From Cyanobacteria bacterium P01_D01_bin.156 (lineage in GTDB: Bacteria; Cyanobacteriota; Cyanobacteriia; Phormidesmidales; Phormidesmidaceae), in the NCBI GenBank assembly GCA_039024555.1, contig JBCCQQ010000046.1, positions 1 through 51,508 on the forward strand: a stretch of DNA of 51,508 bases. Reading direction: 5' to 3'. Under the pieces are notes generated by a model that did no database searches, was not told where the DNA came from, and was given only the letters and a program-made list of their open reading frames with translations. Positions 1 to 8,319 of this stretch are shown here, one piece after another; the stretch's first letter is position 1, and every line of letters starts with the position of its first letter. Both the position numbers and the translations under genes were made by a program.

Positions 1-1605
1 AGACCCCAGTAGAAGAGTACCATTGCTAACATCGTCGACTAGGCTTACAGAGAGAGAATCACCATCGGCATCACTATCATTACTCAGAATGCCAGGTGCC
101 TTGATTGAAAAAGTAGTGCCAGTATCTAGGGTAAAGCTGTCGTCGTTTGCCACTGGAGCCGTATTAACGGTGAAGGTTACCGTAGCAAGCGCTGAATCAT
201 CTATTCCATCACTGGCAATATAGGTAAACCTATCTGTACCTGAAAACCCTTCATCAGGAATGTAGGCCAATAAACCATTAAGCCCCAGTAGAAGAGTACC
301 GTTGCTAACATCTTCGACTAGACTTACAGAAAGAGAATCACCATCGGCATCACTGTCATTGCCTAAAATGCCGGGTATCTCAGTTACAAAAGTGGTGCTA
401 GTGTCTAGAGTAAAGCTGTCATCATTTGCGACTGGAGCATTATTATCAAACCCAATGGCAAGATCCAGGCCTCGAATATCTCCCCTGGCAATGCCTAGTG
501 CAGAACCATCAAAAAATAAATCTGAATCAAATGTACCTTTGGTATTAGAGCCAGTAGTGGTAGGAGTGAAAACAAAAACATCTTCATCTACCCCTGACAC
601 CTCAGGAACTTCGAAGGAATTGTATGTTGACCAGTAGAGATTTTCGTCCGCATCGATAGCAACTGCTGAAATGTTTTCTCCACCGGAACTATCTAATGAG
701 ATGTCACTACCGTCAGTATAAATTGACCATGTGCCAATACTGGTATTTCCCCAACTTTTTGGGGTAAAGCGAATTAAGTCCTCGTCAGCACCACGAACTC
801 CAGGCACGTTAAATCCACCTTGGGTGGATACTAGCAAGCTGCCATCTTTAAGTAGCTGCAGCCCGTCAATGTCTTCACTATTATTGCCTAAGCCCACATC
901 ACTGCCATCTAAATACAGTGACCAGCTGCCTGATGTATTGTCACCAAGCTCACTTGCAGTAAAAAGAACAATGTCAGAATCATCTACGACTATGCCTTCT
1001 ATGGTTGCTGAAGTGTTAAAGGAGAATAAAATCTCAGTATCACTGATGATGTCAAACCCATCAATTTCTGAGGAATTTAAACCCACGTCAGAGCCGTCAA
1101 AATATAGATTGAAGGATTGGCTTTCACTATCGAATTTTATAATGTCCTCATCTCGAAAGGTAATCCCATTAAGATTGGCTGTAGATTCAAGAGAGAAGTA
1201 AAAATCTGTTGCGTTGCTAACCGACACTGCATCATCATCAATTGATGTGGAGCTAGCTGACTCGCTTACGGCTAAAGAGAGCCCATTATTGACAATGAAG
1301 CTACTGTTAGGAAAATTTCCTGTGTATGTCTGAGCTGTACGAGTGGACCGAAGAACGGTTCCAAACATTTGAGAAGAATATTGTCCGATGCCACCAAATT
1401 GCAGTTCATCAAAACGGCTTAAGGCTTGGTCAAGTGAAGACTTGTTAAAGGGCTGAATCACACTCTGATAATCAATTCTTCTTGCCGCAGTCTGCACTCC
1501 AGCCATCTCGAAATAGGAACCCTTTGAGTCTAGTTCCAGATCTAGATAACTCTCTTTGAGTAAGTCGTTAATTAACTGCTCAAGCCAGCCAGCTCCAGTC
1601 GGCAT
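1..1605 (-). CDS. Large extracellular repeat protein, N-terminal part (3' end runs off the window): 'FDGSDVGL'-type repeats followed by tandem cadherin-like/Ig-like (~93 aa) repeats
   Basis: Manual translation from ATG at 1605 is open to position 1 (not in the ORF track because there is no stop in the window). Four LYFDGSDVGL-like repeats are followed by 'NAPVANDDSFTLD...ILGNDSDADGDSLSV...FSGTDRFTY' units with a 279-nt period (compare 23 and 302). Confidence 0.85.
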   Translation of the reverse strand, partial: MPTGAGWLEQLINDLLKESYLDLELDSKGSYFEMAGVQTAARRIDYQSVIQPFNKSSLDQALSRFDELQFGGIGQYSSQMFGTVLRSTRTAQTYTGNFPNSSFIVNNGLSLAVSESASSTSIDDDAVSVSNATDFYFSLESTANLNGITFRDEDIIKFDSESQSFNLYFDGSDVGLNSSEIDGFDIISDTEILFSFNTSATIEGIVVDDSDIVLFTASELGDNTSGSWSLYLDGSDVGLGNNSEDIDGLQLLKDGSLLVSTQGGFNVPGVRGADEDLIRFTPKSWGNTSIGTWSIYTDGSDISLDSSGGENISAVAIDADENLYWSTYNSFEVPEVSGVDEDVFVFTPTTTGSNTKGTFDSDLFFDGSALGIARGDIRGLDLAIGFDNNAPVANDDSFTLDTSTTFVTEIPGILGNDSDADGDSLSVSLVEDVSNGTLLLGLNGLLAYIPDEGFSGTDRFTYIASDGIDDSALATVTFTVNTAPVANDDSFTLDTGTTFSIKAPGILSNDSDADGDSLSVSLVDDVSNGTLLLGS

Positions 1606-2076
1606 TATGAATAGTTTCCTCAGAAAAAATAGGGAAGCGCAATCCTTTGAATTCCGATTCTTCCTTTGAAGTCTTGACTAGAGTAAATGTTCCTAGATGC
1701 CCTTGTATATATTTTATCAGAATGAATTTCAGAGTCTTTGAAGAACAGTAAGCTTCACACGTTCTAGTCAGATTATTATCTGAAAATTACTATACAAATG
1801 CTGTTGATATGGTAATGCTCAATAACTTTTGTGCGATCGCTACTATTTTTGCGGCAGTGTCGATCCTCGTAAGGGTTTTATTGATCAACATCCATAACCC
1901 TGACCAATTTTACCAATCGTTTTGTCCCCTAAATCAGCAATGACATTTTTGAAGCTCTCGACCGCTCAGTCCTGATAACCGTGTAAGACCAAAACGCAAG
2001 AGTCAACTAGCCGGGATTAAGTTCGTCGTGATTACCCCCGGCTAGCGGCCAGCGGCTAACCGCTAGCTCAAGTTTA

Positions 2077-2173
2077 GGATCTGTTAAGAAACTATTTCAC
2101 AGTTTAAGCCTGAAAAGCTTGTTAAGCCCTGATTTAAATGCGTAAGGCCATGATTCTAATGTTTAACAAGCCC
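2077..2173. mobile_element. ~97-bp MITE-like dispersed repeat, family A copy 1
   Basis: About 89% identical to 8205..8302. Imperfect TIRs (GGATCTGTTAA / TTAACAAGCCC), flanked by TTA on both sides. Confidence 0.75.
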
Positions 2174-3028
2174 TTAGCTCACCGTCATGGCAATAACAGT
2201 TTCAACAGTTTCTCGGGGAGCTGCAGTCAACAAAAAGGCTCCTGTATTAATGGCATTGCGAGGACCACTCCAGGGTTCTAGACAGTAAAAATCTTTGCCT
2301 TTTACAGTCCAGAATACCAGGGTGGAATAGTTCTCATCATAGGAGATAGTCAGCGTGCTGTCTCCATCTTTAACGGTAGCTGTCTGACCATTCAAGTTAA
2401 TAAAAGCAAAGTCAATTTCATCTTGGTCAAAATCAAACTGACCGTTAAAGGCAAACACCTCTGTGCCCCCTTTGATTTTGTATTCGGTAGAGGGTAGCTC
2501 AAATACAAGGTTGGCCTTGTCTGCTACAGCAAAGTAGGGGTGGGTGCCTGTGGAAAACGGCATGGGATTATCGGACAGATTGGTATGGCGAAAACGCTGT
2601 TCTAATGTATTGCCCTTGAGGGTGTAGATATAGTCCAGCTGAAAATCAAACGGATAAACAGCGCGGGTTTCTTCATTACTCTTAAGGCTAATGGTAATGC
2701 TAGCTCCATCTTCAGTAGATTGTTGAGTAACTTCCCAGGGGAGAGTGCGCCCAAAACCGTGCTGTTTTAGTTGGTAGGTTGTTGTCCCAGCCAGGGTATA
2801 GGTATCGTCCACCAGGTTGCCGCAGATAGGAAACAGCAGTGGAATCCCTCCCCGTACCGATAGGCTAGGGTCTTTAAAGCGTTCTGTATCTAAGTAAAAG
2901 ACATCGTTATCCTTAATCTTCCACTGGGTAACGATGCCGCCCCGTTCCGGTACGACGGCTACTTGAGAATCGCCGTCAGTGAGAATATAGGTCAAATATT
3001 GCTGCTGTTCAGTGGTGATGGTGCTCAT
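2174..3028 (-). CDS. Aldose 1-epimerase / galactose mutarotase-like protein
   Basis: Motifs RGGIPLLFP, QHGFGR, HPYF and FYCLEPW. Confidence 0.9.
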   Translation of the reverse strand: MSTITTEQQQYLTYILTDGDSQVAVVPERGGIVTQWKIKDNDVFYLDTERFKDPSLSVRGGIPLLFPICGNLVDDTYTLAGTTTYQLKQHGFGRTLPWEVTQQSTEDGASITISLKSNEETRAVYPFDFQLDYIYTLKGNTLEQRFRHTNLSDNPMPFSTGTHPYFAVADKANLVFELPSTEYKIKGGTEVFAFNGQFDFDQDEIDFAFINLNGQTATVKDGDSTLTISYDENYSTLVFWTVKGKDFYCLEPWSGPRNAINTGAFLLTAAPRETVETVIAMTVS

Positions 3029-3315
3029 GCAATCGTTCCTTTAGGGAGTTTCCTTGGGGCATTTCCGTTAAAACCCTGCCACAGAATAGTCGCTTCCCTG
3101 TGCAATGTGGGACACCACTATGGAATCTTTATGGTTCAGCACTGGCTATGCATCTGCTGAATTCGGAGGTCGGAATTTGGAAGTCGGAAAGGGAGAGCAT
3201 TTTGAACGTTCAAATTTCGTAGAGTTTTGCTCTTCTTACAGATCATTTCATCACTCAATCAGCAACGGCCTTAGGTTACTATCTGGCTGACCTGACTACC
3301 GAGGTTTCGTTTTCC

Positions 3316-4221
3316 ATGTCCGTACCCTATCCCCGCGATCTGATTGGCTACGGCCAAATGCCTCTTAATCCCCAATGGCCAAACAATGCTCGCTTAGCCC
3401 TGCAGTTTGTCATCAACTATGAAGAAGGTGGAGAAAACTGTATTCTCCATGGTGACTCCGCCTCCGAAGCTTTTTTATCGGAAACGGTCGGTGCCGCACC
3501 ATTACCAGGGGTGCGCAACATCAATATGGAATCCATGTATGAATATGGCAGCCGGGCAGGGTTTTGGCGTTTACATCGCACGTTTACCCAGCGCCAGCTG
3601 CCAGTAACCGTCTACGCGGTGGCCATGGCCCTAGACCGTAATCCCGATGCCGGTAAAGCTATGGTCGCCGCCGACTGGGAAGTGGCTAGCCACGGCTATC
3701 GCTGGATTGACTATCAATACGTAGGAGAAGACACGGAACGAGAACATATTCGTAAAGCCATTGAAATCCATACCCAGGTGATTGGCAGTCGCCCCCTAGG
3801 CTTTTACCAGGGACGGCTCAGTCCGAATACGCGACGACTGGTGGTAGAAGAAGGCGGCTTTCTCTACGATGCCGATAGCTATGCCGACGACCTGCCCTAC
3901 TGGAACACGGACTATGGTCGCGCCCATTTGGTGATTCCCTACACCTTAGACAACAACGACATGCGGTTTGCCACCTACCAGGGGTTTAACTCGGGAGACC
4001 AGTTTTTTACGTATCTAAAGGATGCGTTTGACGTGTTGTACGCTGAGGGAGAAACGGCCCCAAAAATGATGAGTGTAGGGTTGCACTGTCGTTTGTCCGG
4101 GCGTCCGGGGCGGGCCGCATCGTTAGCTCGTTTTCTGGATTATGTCATGGGCCATGAGGATGTGTGGGTGTGTCGTCGAGTGGATATTGCTCGCCATTGG
4201 CACCAGCACCATGCTCCTTAG
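3316..4221 (+). CDS. puuE: Allantoinase PuuE (polysaccharide deacetylase fold)
   Basis: YPRDLIGYG, NYEEGGENCILHGD, ESMYEYGSRAGFWR, SHGYRWIDY, KMMSVGLHCRL. Confidence 0.93.
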   Translation: MSVPYPRDLIGYGQMPLNPQWPNNARLALQFVINYEEGGENCILHGDSASEAFLSETVGAAPLPGVRNINMESMYEYGSRAGFWRLHRTFTQRQLPVTVYAVAMALDRNPDAGKAMVAADWEVASHGYRWIDYQYVGEDTEREHIRKAIEIHTQVIGSRPLGFYQGRLSPNTRRLVVEEGGFLYDADSYADDLPYWNTDYGRAHLVIPYTLDNNDMRFATYQGFNSGDQFFTYLKDAFDVLYAEGETAPKMMSVGLHCRLSGRPGRAASLARFLDYVMGHEDVWVCRRVDIARHWHQHHAP

Positions 4222-4418
4222 GCGATTGCACAAAAATAAAATTCCAAGCAGGATTTTATTAAGCAACGTCCTCCCCTTAACAAGGGGAGGTGCCTTAGGC
4301 GGAGGGGTCTTCGGCCATTTGCGCCAGTTTTCCAGACCCCTCCCTGACGGTTCCTCTTGCCAAGGGGAACCAGGTATCGCCAAGCTTTATTAAGGTGTCT
4401 TATTTTCACGCACTTCCC
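4221..4418. mobile_element. 198-bp MITE, family B copy 1
   Basis: 7 substitutions versus 48974..49171. Imperfect TIRs GGCGATTGCACAAAAATAA / TTATTTTCACGCACTTCCC, TTA target duplication, internal GC hairpins (CCTCCCCTT-AAC-AAGGGGAGG). Confidence 0.88.
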
Positions 4419-4452
4419 TTAGTTTGTGGTTCTTAACAAAAACGCCTCCATG

Positions 4453-4494
4453 CTCAAATCATGATTAGTATATTTGTATTAATCATGATTTGAG
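4453..4494. promoter_or_regulatory. Long inverted repeat directly upstream of the VOC gene RBS
   Basis: CTCAAATCATGATTA-N12-TAATCATGATTTGAG (perfect 15-bp arms). Each arm contains the palindrome AATCATGATT. Confidence 0.55.
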
Positions 4495-4510
4495 TGTGGA
4501 GGTGACACCA

Positions 4511-5293
4511 ATGGGGATTCGAGATAGCTACGAAAATGGTGTGTTCAGCTGGGTAGACCTGATGACCAGTGAGCAGGAGGTGGCCAAACAGTTCTATGGG
4601 GAGCTGTTTGGCTGGATCTATGAAGATCAACCGATGGAACAGGGTGGACTGTATTCCATGGCGTTTAAGGGCGATCGCACCGTTGCCGCGATCGCAGCCA
4701 CCCCCCCAGATATGGATATGCCCCCCAGCTGGCAAACCTACATTACGGTTACGGATGTGGATGCTACTGTGCAAAGCTGTCAGGAAAATGGTGGCACTGT
4801 CGAAATGGCCCCCTTTGATGTGATGGATGCGGGCCGTATGGCGGTGATTAAGGACCCCACTGGAGCGGTGGTGAGTCTTTGGCAGGCCAAGGGGCACATT
4901 GGTGCGGGCCGGGTAAACGAGGTTAATACATTTTGTTGGGCTGAGCTGCAAACCCGAGGTGTGGAGAAGGCTGCAGACTTTTATAAAACTGTTTTTAGCT
5001 GGGAGCTAGAAGTGGATGAAAGGCCGCCCAACTATGTTACCTCTAGGGTAAAGGGGCACATGAACTGTGGCATGTTTGATATGGCCAAAGCCCCGATGCC
5101 TGAGGGAGTGCCACCGCGCTGGGTGGTGTACTTTAATGTGGCCGATTTGGATAAATCGTTAGAGGTAGTCAATCGGTTGGGGGGGAGCGTGCTAATGGAC
5201 CCCATGGAGATTGAACCGGGGCGATTTACAACCATTATGGACCCTCAAGGAGCCATGGTTGTTTTGATGCAGGTTAATGATCCAGATGATTGA
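4511..5293 (+). CDS. Two-domain VOC/glyoxalase family protein (CFP32-like)
   Basis: GVFSWVDL...AKQFYGELFGW, GRMAVIKDPTGA, second domain FCWAEL...DPQGA. ATG at 4511 follows a GGAGG RBS. Confidence 0.88.
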   Translation: MGIRDSYENGVFSWVDLMTSEQEVAKQFYGELFGWIYEDQPMEQGGLYSMAFKGDRTVAAIAATPPDMDMPPSWQTYITVTDVDATVQSCQENGGTVEMAPFDVMDAGRMAVIKDPTGAVVSLWQAKGHIGAGRVNEVNTFCWAELQTRGVEKAADFYKTVFSWELEVDERPPNYVTSRVKGHMNCGMFDMAKAPMPEGVPPRWVVYFNVADLDKSLEVVNRLGGSVLMDPMEIEPGRFTTIMDPQGAMVVLMQVNDPDD

Positions 5294-5557
5294 TTTGTAG
5301 AGGGTGTTTAAGCAGGCTGTGGGAAACTGTTGTTGAAGGATAAATGTTAGCACAGTGGGCTGTCTGGGGTTATGAAAGATAATCAGACACAGCGTTTAGC
5401 TTACATGAGGCTAGCAACGGTGACAACAACAACAACACAGTTCTCCTGTTGATGCGTGATTTGAGACCAAAGGAATCACCAAGAACGACTTTATTTGAAT
5501 GGCATTGGTAAAACCTATTTGAGAAGGTCTCAATCTACTGGAGGCAGACGCCTAGAT

Positions 5558-6040
5558 ATGGAGAGGTACACTTTAAAAAATAAGCTCCCTGTACTGTGTC
5601 ACGACGAGAATGCTTGGCGAGAATTCATGCGAGATGAAGACAATATCCTTTTGGCCCGCGACGAGGTTGGTCAATTCTCGATTGTGACTGTTTTTTTAGG
5701 GTTCAATAACGGTAGCGTAGAGAATCCTCAGTTTTTCCAAACAACCTGCTTTGGAAGCGATACCGGCTCCCCAAAATATACAAAAGATTGGGATTGGGCC
5801 ATGGCTCATCATCAAGGTAAAATTGCCTGCGCGAAAGCATGGATCAAGTTTTCCGAGGAAAAGGCAGCTGGTATTGATCGATCGTTTAGGTTTGTAGATT
5901 GTCAGGTTCACCCCCCTGGAGAGATCCATTTTTTACTGGAATCAGAAGCGGAGGCGAAAAGGGTGATGCCGTTTAATAAGAGGCACTGGGAGCGCCGGGG
6001 AAGGACCATTGTATTTTTGGTGCGGCCTTGTGTTGAGTAG
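5558..6040 (+). CDS. Hypothetical protein
   Basis: 160-aa ORF from ATG 5558 with GGAGG upstream. No family recognised with confidence. Confidence 0.65.
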   Translation: MERYTLKNKLPVLCHDENAWREFMRDEDNILLARDEVGQFSIVTVFLGFNNGSVENPQFFQTTCFGSDTGSPKYTKDWDWAMAHHQGKIACAKAWIKFSEEKAAGIDRSFRFVDCQVHPPGEIHFLLESEAEAKRVMPFNKRHWERRGRTIVFLVRPCVE

Positions 6041-6143
6041 GAGCCCTAAAATGATGAGTGTCTGATAGCGACACTTTGGTTACTGATAGAGTATCTGCTA
6101 TTTGAATTCATCATTCCGCATTCCTAATTCTGACTTTTCTTCT

Positions 6144-6398
6144 GTTTCCGTCCCCTTGCGGGGTTTTGGGAATGAAAGCTGCTGCCCGTGATCGTTTAGC
6201 ACAGATGTCTATTGAGGTTTCCGTCCCCTTGCGGGGTTTTGAGAATGAAAGAACTTTGGAGTACTTGTTGCAGGCGCAGGTAGGTGAAACGTTTCCGTCC
6301 CCTTGCGGGGTTTTGGGAATGAAAGAAGCTTATGTAGCTTTAACACGTATAAACCGACAGATCGTTTCCGTCCCCTTGCGGGGTTTTGGGAATGAAAG
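6144..6398 (-). CRISPR. Orphan CRISPR array: 4 x 35-nt repeats, 3 spacers (38, 39, 38 nt)
   Basis: Repeat (+) GTTTCCGTCCCCTTGCGGGGTTTTGGGAATGAAAG at 6144, 6217 (one mismatch), 6291 and 6364. On the minus strand it ends CCCCGCAAGGGGACGGAAAC, typical of cyanobacterial I-D/III-type repeats. Confidence 0.95.
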
Positions 6399-6590
6399 GC
6401 ACCTTTTCAGAAGCCTTATCCTGAAAGCAATTCATAGGACAAATACACACTTCAGCTTTTAGCCTTACGCATACATTATCCAAAAGGAACTCACCACTGT
6501 ATTAGGGTACATGTAAGCCATACGGAACAAGGCCTACACACTTCATAACGAAACTATGCGGTTTTCAAGGATCTGACTGAAGTATGTATC
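6399..6590 (-). promoter_or_regulatory. Probable CRISPR leader
   Basis: Non-coding stretch adjoining the repeat at 6364. TACACACTTCA is directly repeated (6444, 6535) and inverted (6578), with a CCTTGAAAAC motif on the minus strand. Confidence 0.65.
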
Positions 6591-6785
6591 ACCTACAGTT
6601 GGGCACAACGATAGCACCCCTCAAACAAAGGCGCTACCCCTTGTCAAATAATGTAAGACTCCAGCGGTGGCTCGGGCAGAGGACTATCAATCGTAAGCGT
6701 TCTAGGTAACGCATCCACCGGCACTCAATACAGTCCGATATCGTCACAGCTCAAACACCCTGTGCAGGGACCTCATCGTCTGGTA

Positions 6786-8162
6786 TCACATTAAGATCTT
6801 CTCGCACTGGATGCGAAAATCATCGCCGCGAGCTTCAAAATTGGCATACTGGTCAAAGCTGGCACAGGCAGGAGACAGCAAAACCACCTTTGCCTTTAAA
6901 CCCAGCGCAATCTCTTTACTGCGCTTCACCGCATTTTCCATGGTACCAACATCTTCAAAACGACCATAGCCAACATCTAATAACCGTTTGCCAAACTTCT
7001 CTGCCGCATCACCAATCAGTAATACCTGAACAACTTTTTCCTGAATACGTTCTAACCAGGCAGTATCATCCCCCTCTTTAGCCGCCCCACCGGCAATTAA
7101 AATGGTTGGACTATTGACGGAGCTAAGACCCACTTCAGCTGCATCATAATTGGTGGCTTTGCTGTCGTTAATAAAATCAACACCTTCCCAGGTGGTGATG
7201 TGTTCTAACCGGTGGGCCACACCAGAGAAATTCTCTATAGCCGTTGCAATGGCTGCGTTGGGAATATTGGCTAGCTTGGCTGCCGCAACCGCCATCAACA
7301 GATTTTGCAAGTTGTGGCGACCCACCATTTTTAGACTGCTGGCTTCGAGTATTTTTTCGCCTGCGTGCACAACCCAGCCCTGCTGGTCGATGTAGGTGCT
7401 GGGTACCAAAGGGCTAATGGCGTTGGGACCATCAATGCTGGTCCAGTAGCTGTTTTCCCAACGGTCGGCTAGGGTTTTTCGCAGATAGGGATCGTCTCCA
7501 TTGAGAATACGTTTGTCACTGTGTTCTAGGAGAGCTGTTTTGATGGCGTAGTAGTTCTCAATGGTTTTGTGACGGCTGAGATGATCTGGGGTAAAGGTGG
7601 TCCAAATGCCAATTTTGGGTTTAGGGCCGATGGAGGCTTCAATTTGGTAGCTGCTACATTCGGCAATTACCCAGTCGGGCTCTGGGTCTAGCGCTACCTG
7701 ACAGGCGGCATAACCAATGTTGCCACAGGCGGGGGCATTGAGGTTAGCGGCCTTAAAAATGGCGGCGACTAATTCTGTGGTGGTGGTTTTGCCATTGGTG
7801 CCGGTAATGCCCAGCCAGGGTAGATGGCTGAGGGCTCGCCAGGCCAGCTCCATTTCACCGATGGTACTAATGCCGTTTTCTCTAGCCGCTACCAAACTGG
7901 GCAAGTCCCAGGGGACACCGGGGCTGACAACGGCCAGATTCATGGAATCTTCAGCGGAAAAGCTGTGACCCAGTTTAACGTCGATACCTTCGGTTGCTAG
8001 GAGCTTTTGCTGGGCGATCTGACGGTCGCCATTGTTGCGATCGCTCACCACCACCTGCCAATCTTGCTTATTTAAGAGCCGAGCCGCTGCCACACCCGAT
8101 AATCCCAGGCCAATCACATAGGCAATAGGCTTTGCTTTTAGCTGACCGTTGGCTGATTCCAT
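6786..8162 (-). CDS. murD: UDP-N-acetylmuramoyl-L-alanine--D-glutamate ligase
   Basis: [52 protein letters not shown]. Confidence 0.97.
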   Translation of the reverse strand: MESANGQLKAKPIAYVIGLGLSGVAAARLLNKQDWQVVVSDRNNGDRQIAQQKLLATEGIDVKLGHSFSAEDSMNLAVVSPGVPWDLPSLVAARENGISTIGEMELAWRALSHLPWLGITGTNGKTTTTELVAAIFKAANLNAPACGNIGYAACQVALDPEPDWVIAECSSYQIEASIGPKPKIGIWTTFTPDHLSRHKTIENYYAIKTALLEHSDKRILNGDDPYLRKTLADRWENSYWTSIDGPNAISPLVPSTYIDQQGWVVHAGEKILEASSLKMVGRHNLQNLLMAVAAAKLANIPNAAIATAIENFSGVAHRLEHITTWEGVDFINDSKATNYDAAEVGLSSVNSPTILIAGGAAKEGDDTAWLERIQEKVVQVLLIGDAAEKFGKRLLDVGYGRFEDVGTMENAVKRSKEIALGLKAKVVLLSPACASFDQYANFEARGDDFRIQCEKILM

Positions 8163-8204
8163 GGTGCATGTCCTATCCCTCAAGTCAGATACTGTAGCAG
8201 CTTA

Positions 8205-8302
8205 GGAGCTGTTAAGAAACTACCTCACGGTTTAAGCCTGAAAAGCTTGTTAAGCCATGATCTTAAATGCGTAAGGCTATGGTTCTAAGTTTTAATAAGC
8301 CC
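8205..8302. mobile_element. ~98-bp MITE-like dispersed repeat, family A copy 2
   Basis: Homologous to 2077..2173, flanked by TTA / TGA, between glyS and murD. Confidence 0.75.
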
Positions 8303-8319
8303 TGATGGGACGTTACTCC

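Noticed and set aside
23..1201. Three + strand ORFs, two of them similar to each other
   Set aside because: Antisense shadows of the minus-strand repeat protein.
3158..3195. Short degenerate repeats (TCGGAGG TCGGAAT TTGGAAG TCGGAAA); similar at 6103-6135
   Set aside because: Ordinary cyanobacterial heptamer tandem repeats with no spacer structure.
4123..4409. Short ORFs here and the near-identical one at 48956..49162
   Set aside because: They are read through the 198-bp MITE and have no transposase features.
5372..5452. 26-aa ORF with a Thr run (TVTTTTT) resembling an attenuator leader
   Set aside because: The run is an (ACA)5 microsatellite, there is no clear terminator/antiterminator, and the downstream gene is not a recognisable amino-acid biosynthesis gene.
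5558..6040. Gene beside the CRISPR array as a novel cas gene
   Set aside because: No nuclease or RAMP motifs, and it sits on the trailer side converging on the array. Adjacency alone is insufficient.
6166..6462. 98-aa ORF with repeated VSVPLRGF
   Set aside because: It is a translation of the CRISPR repeats.
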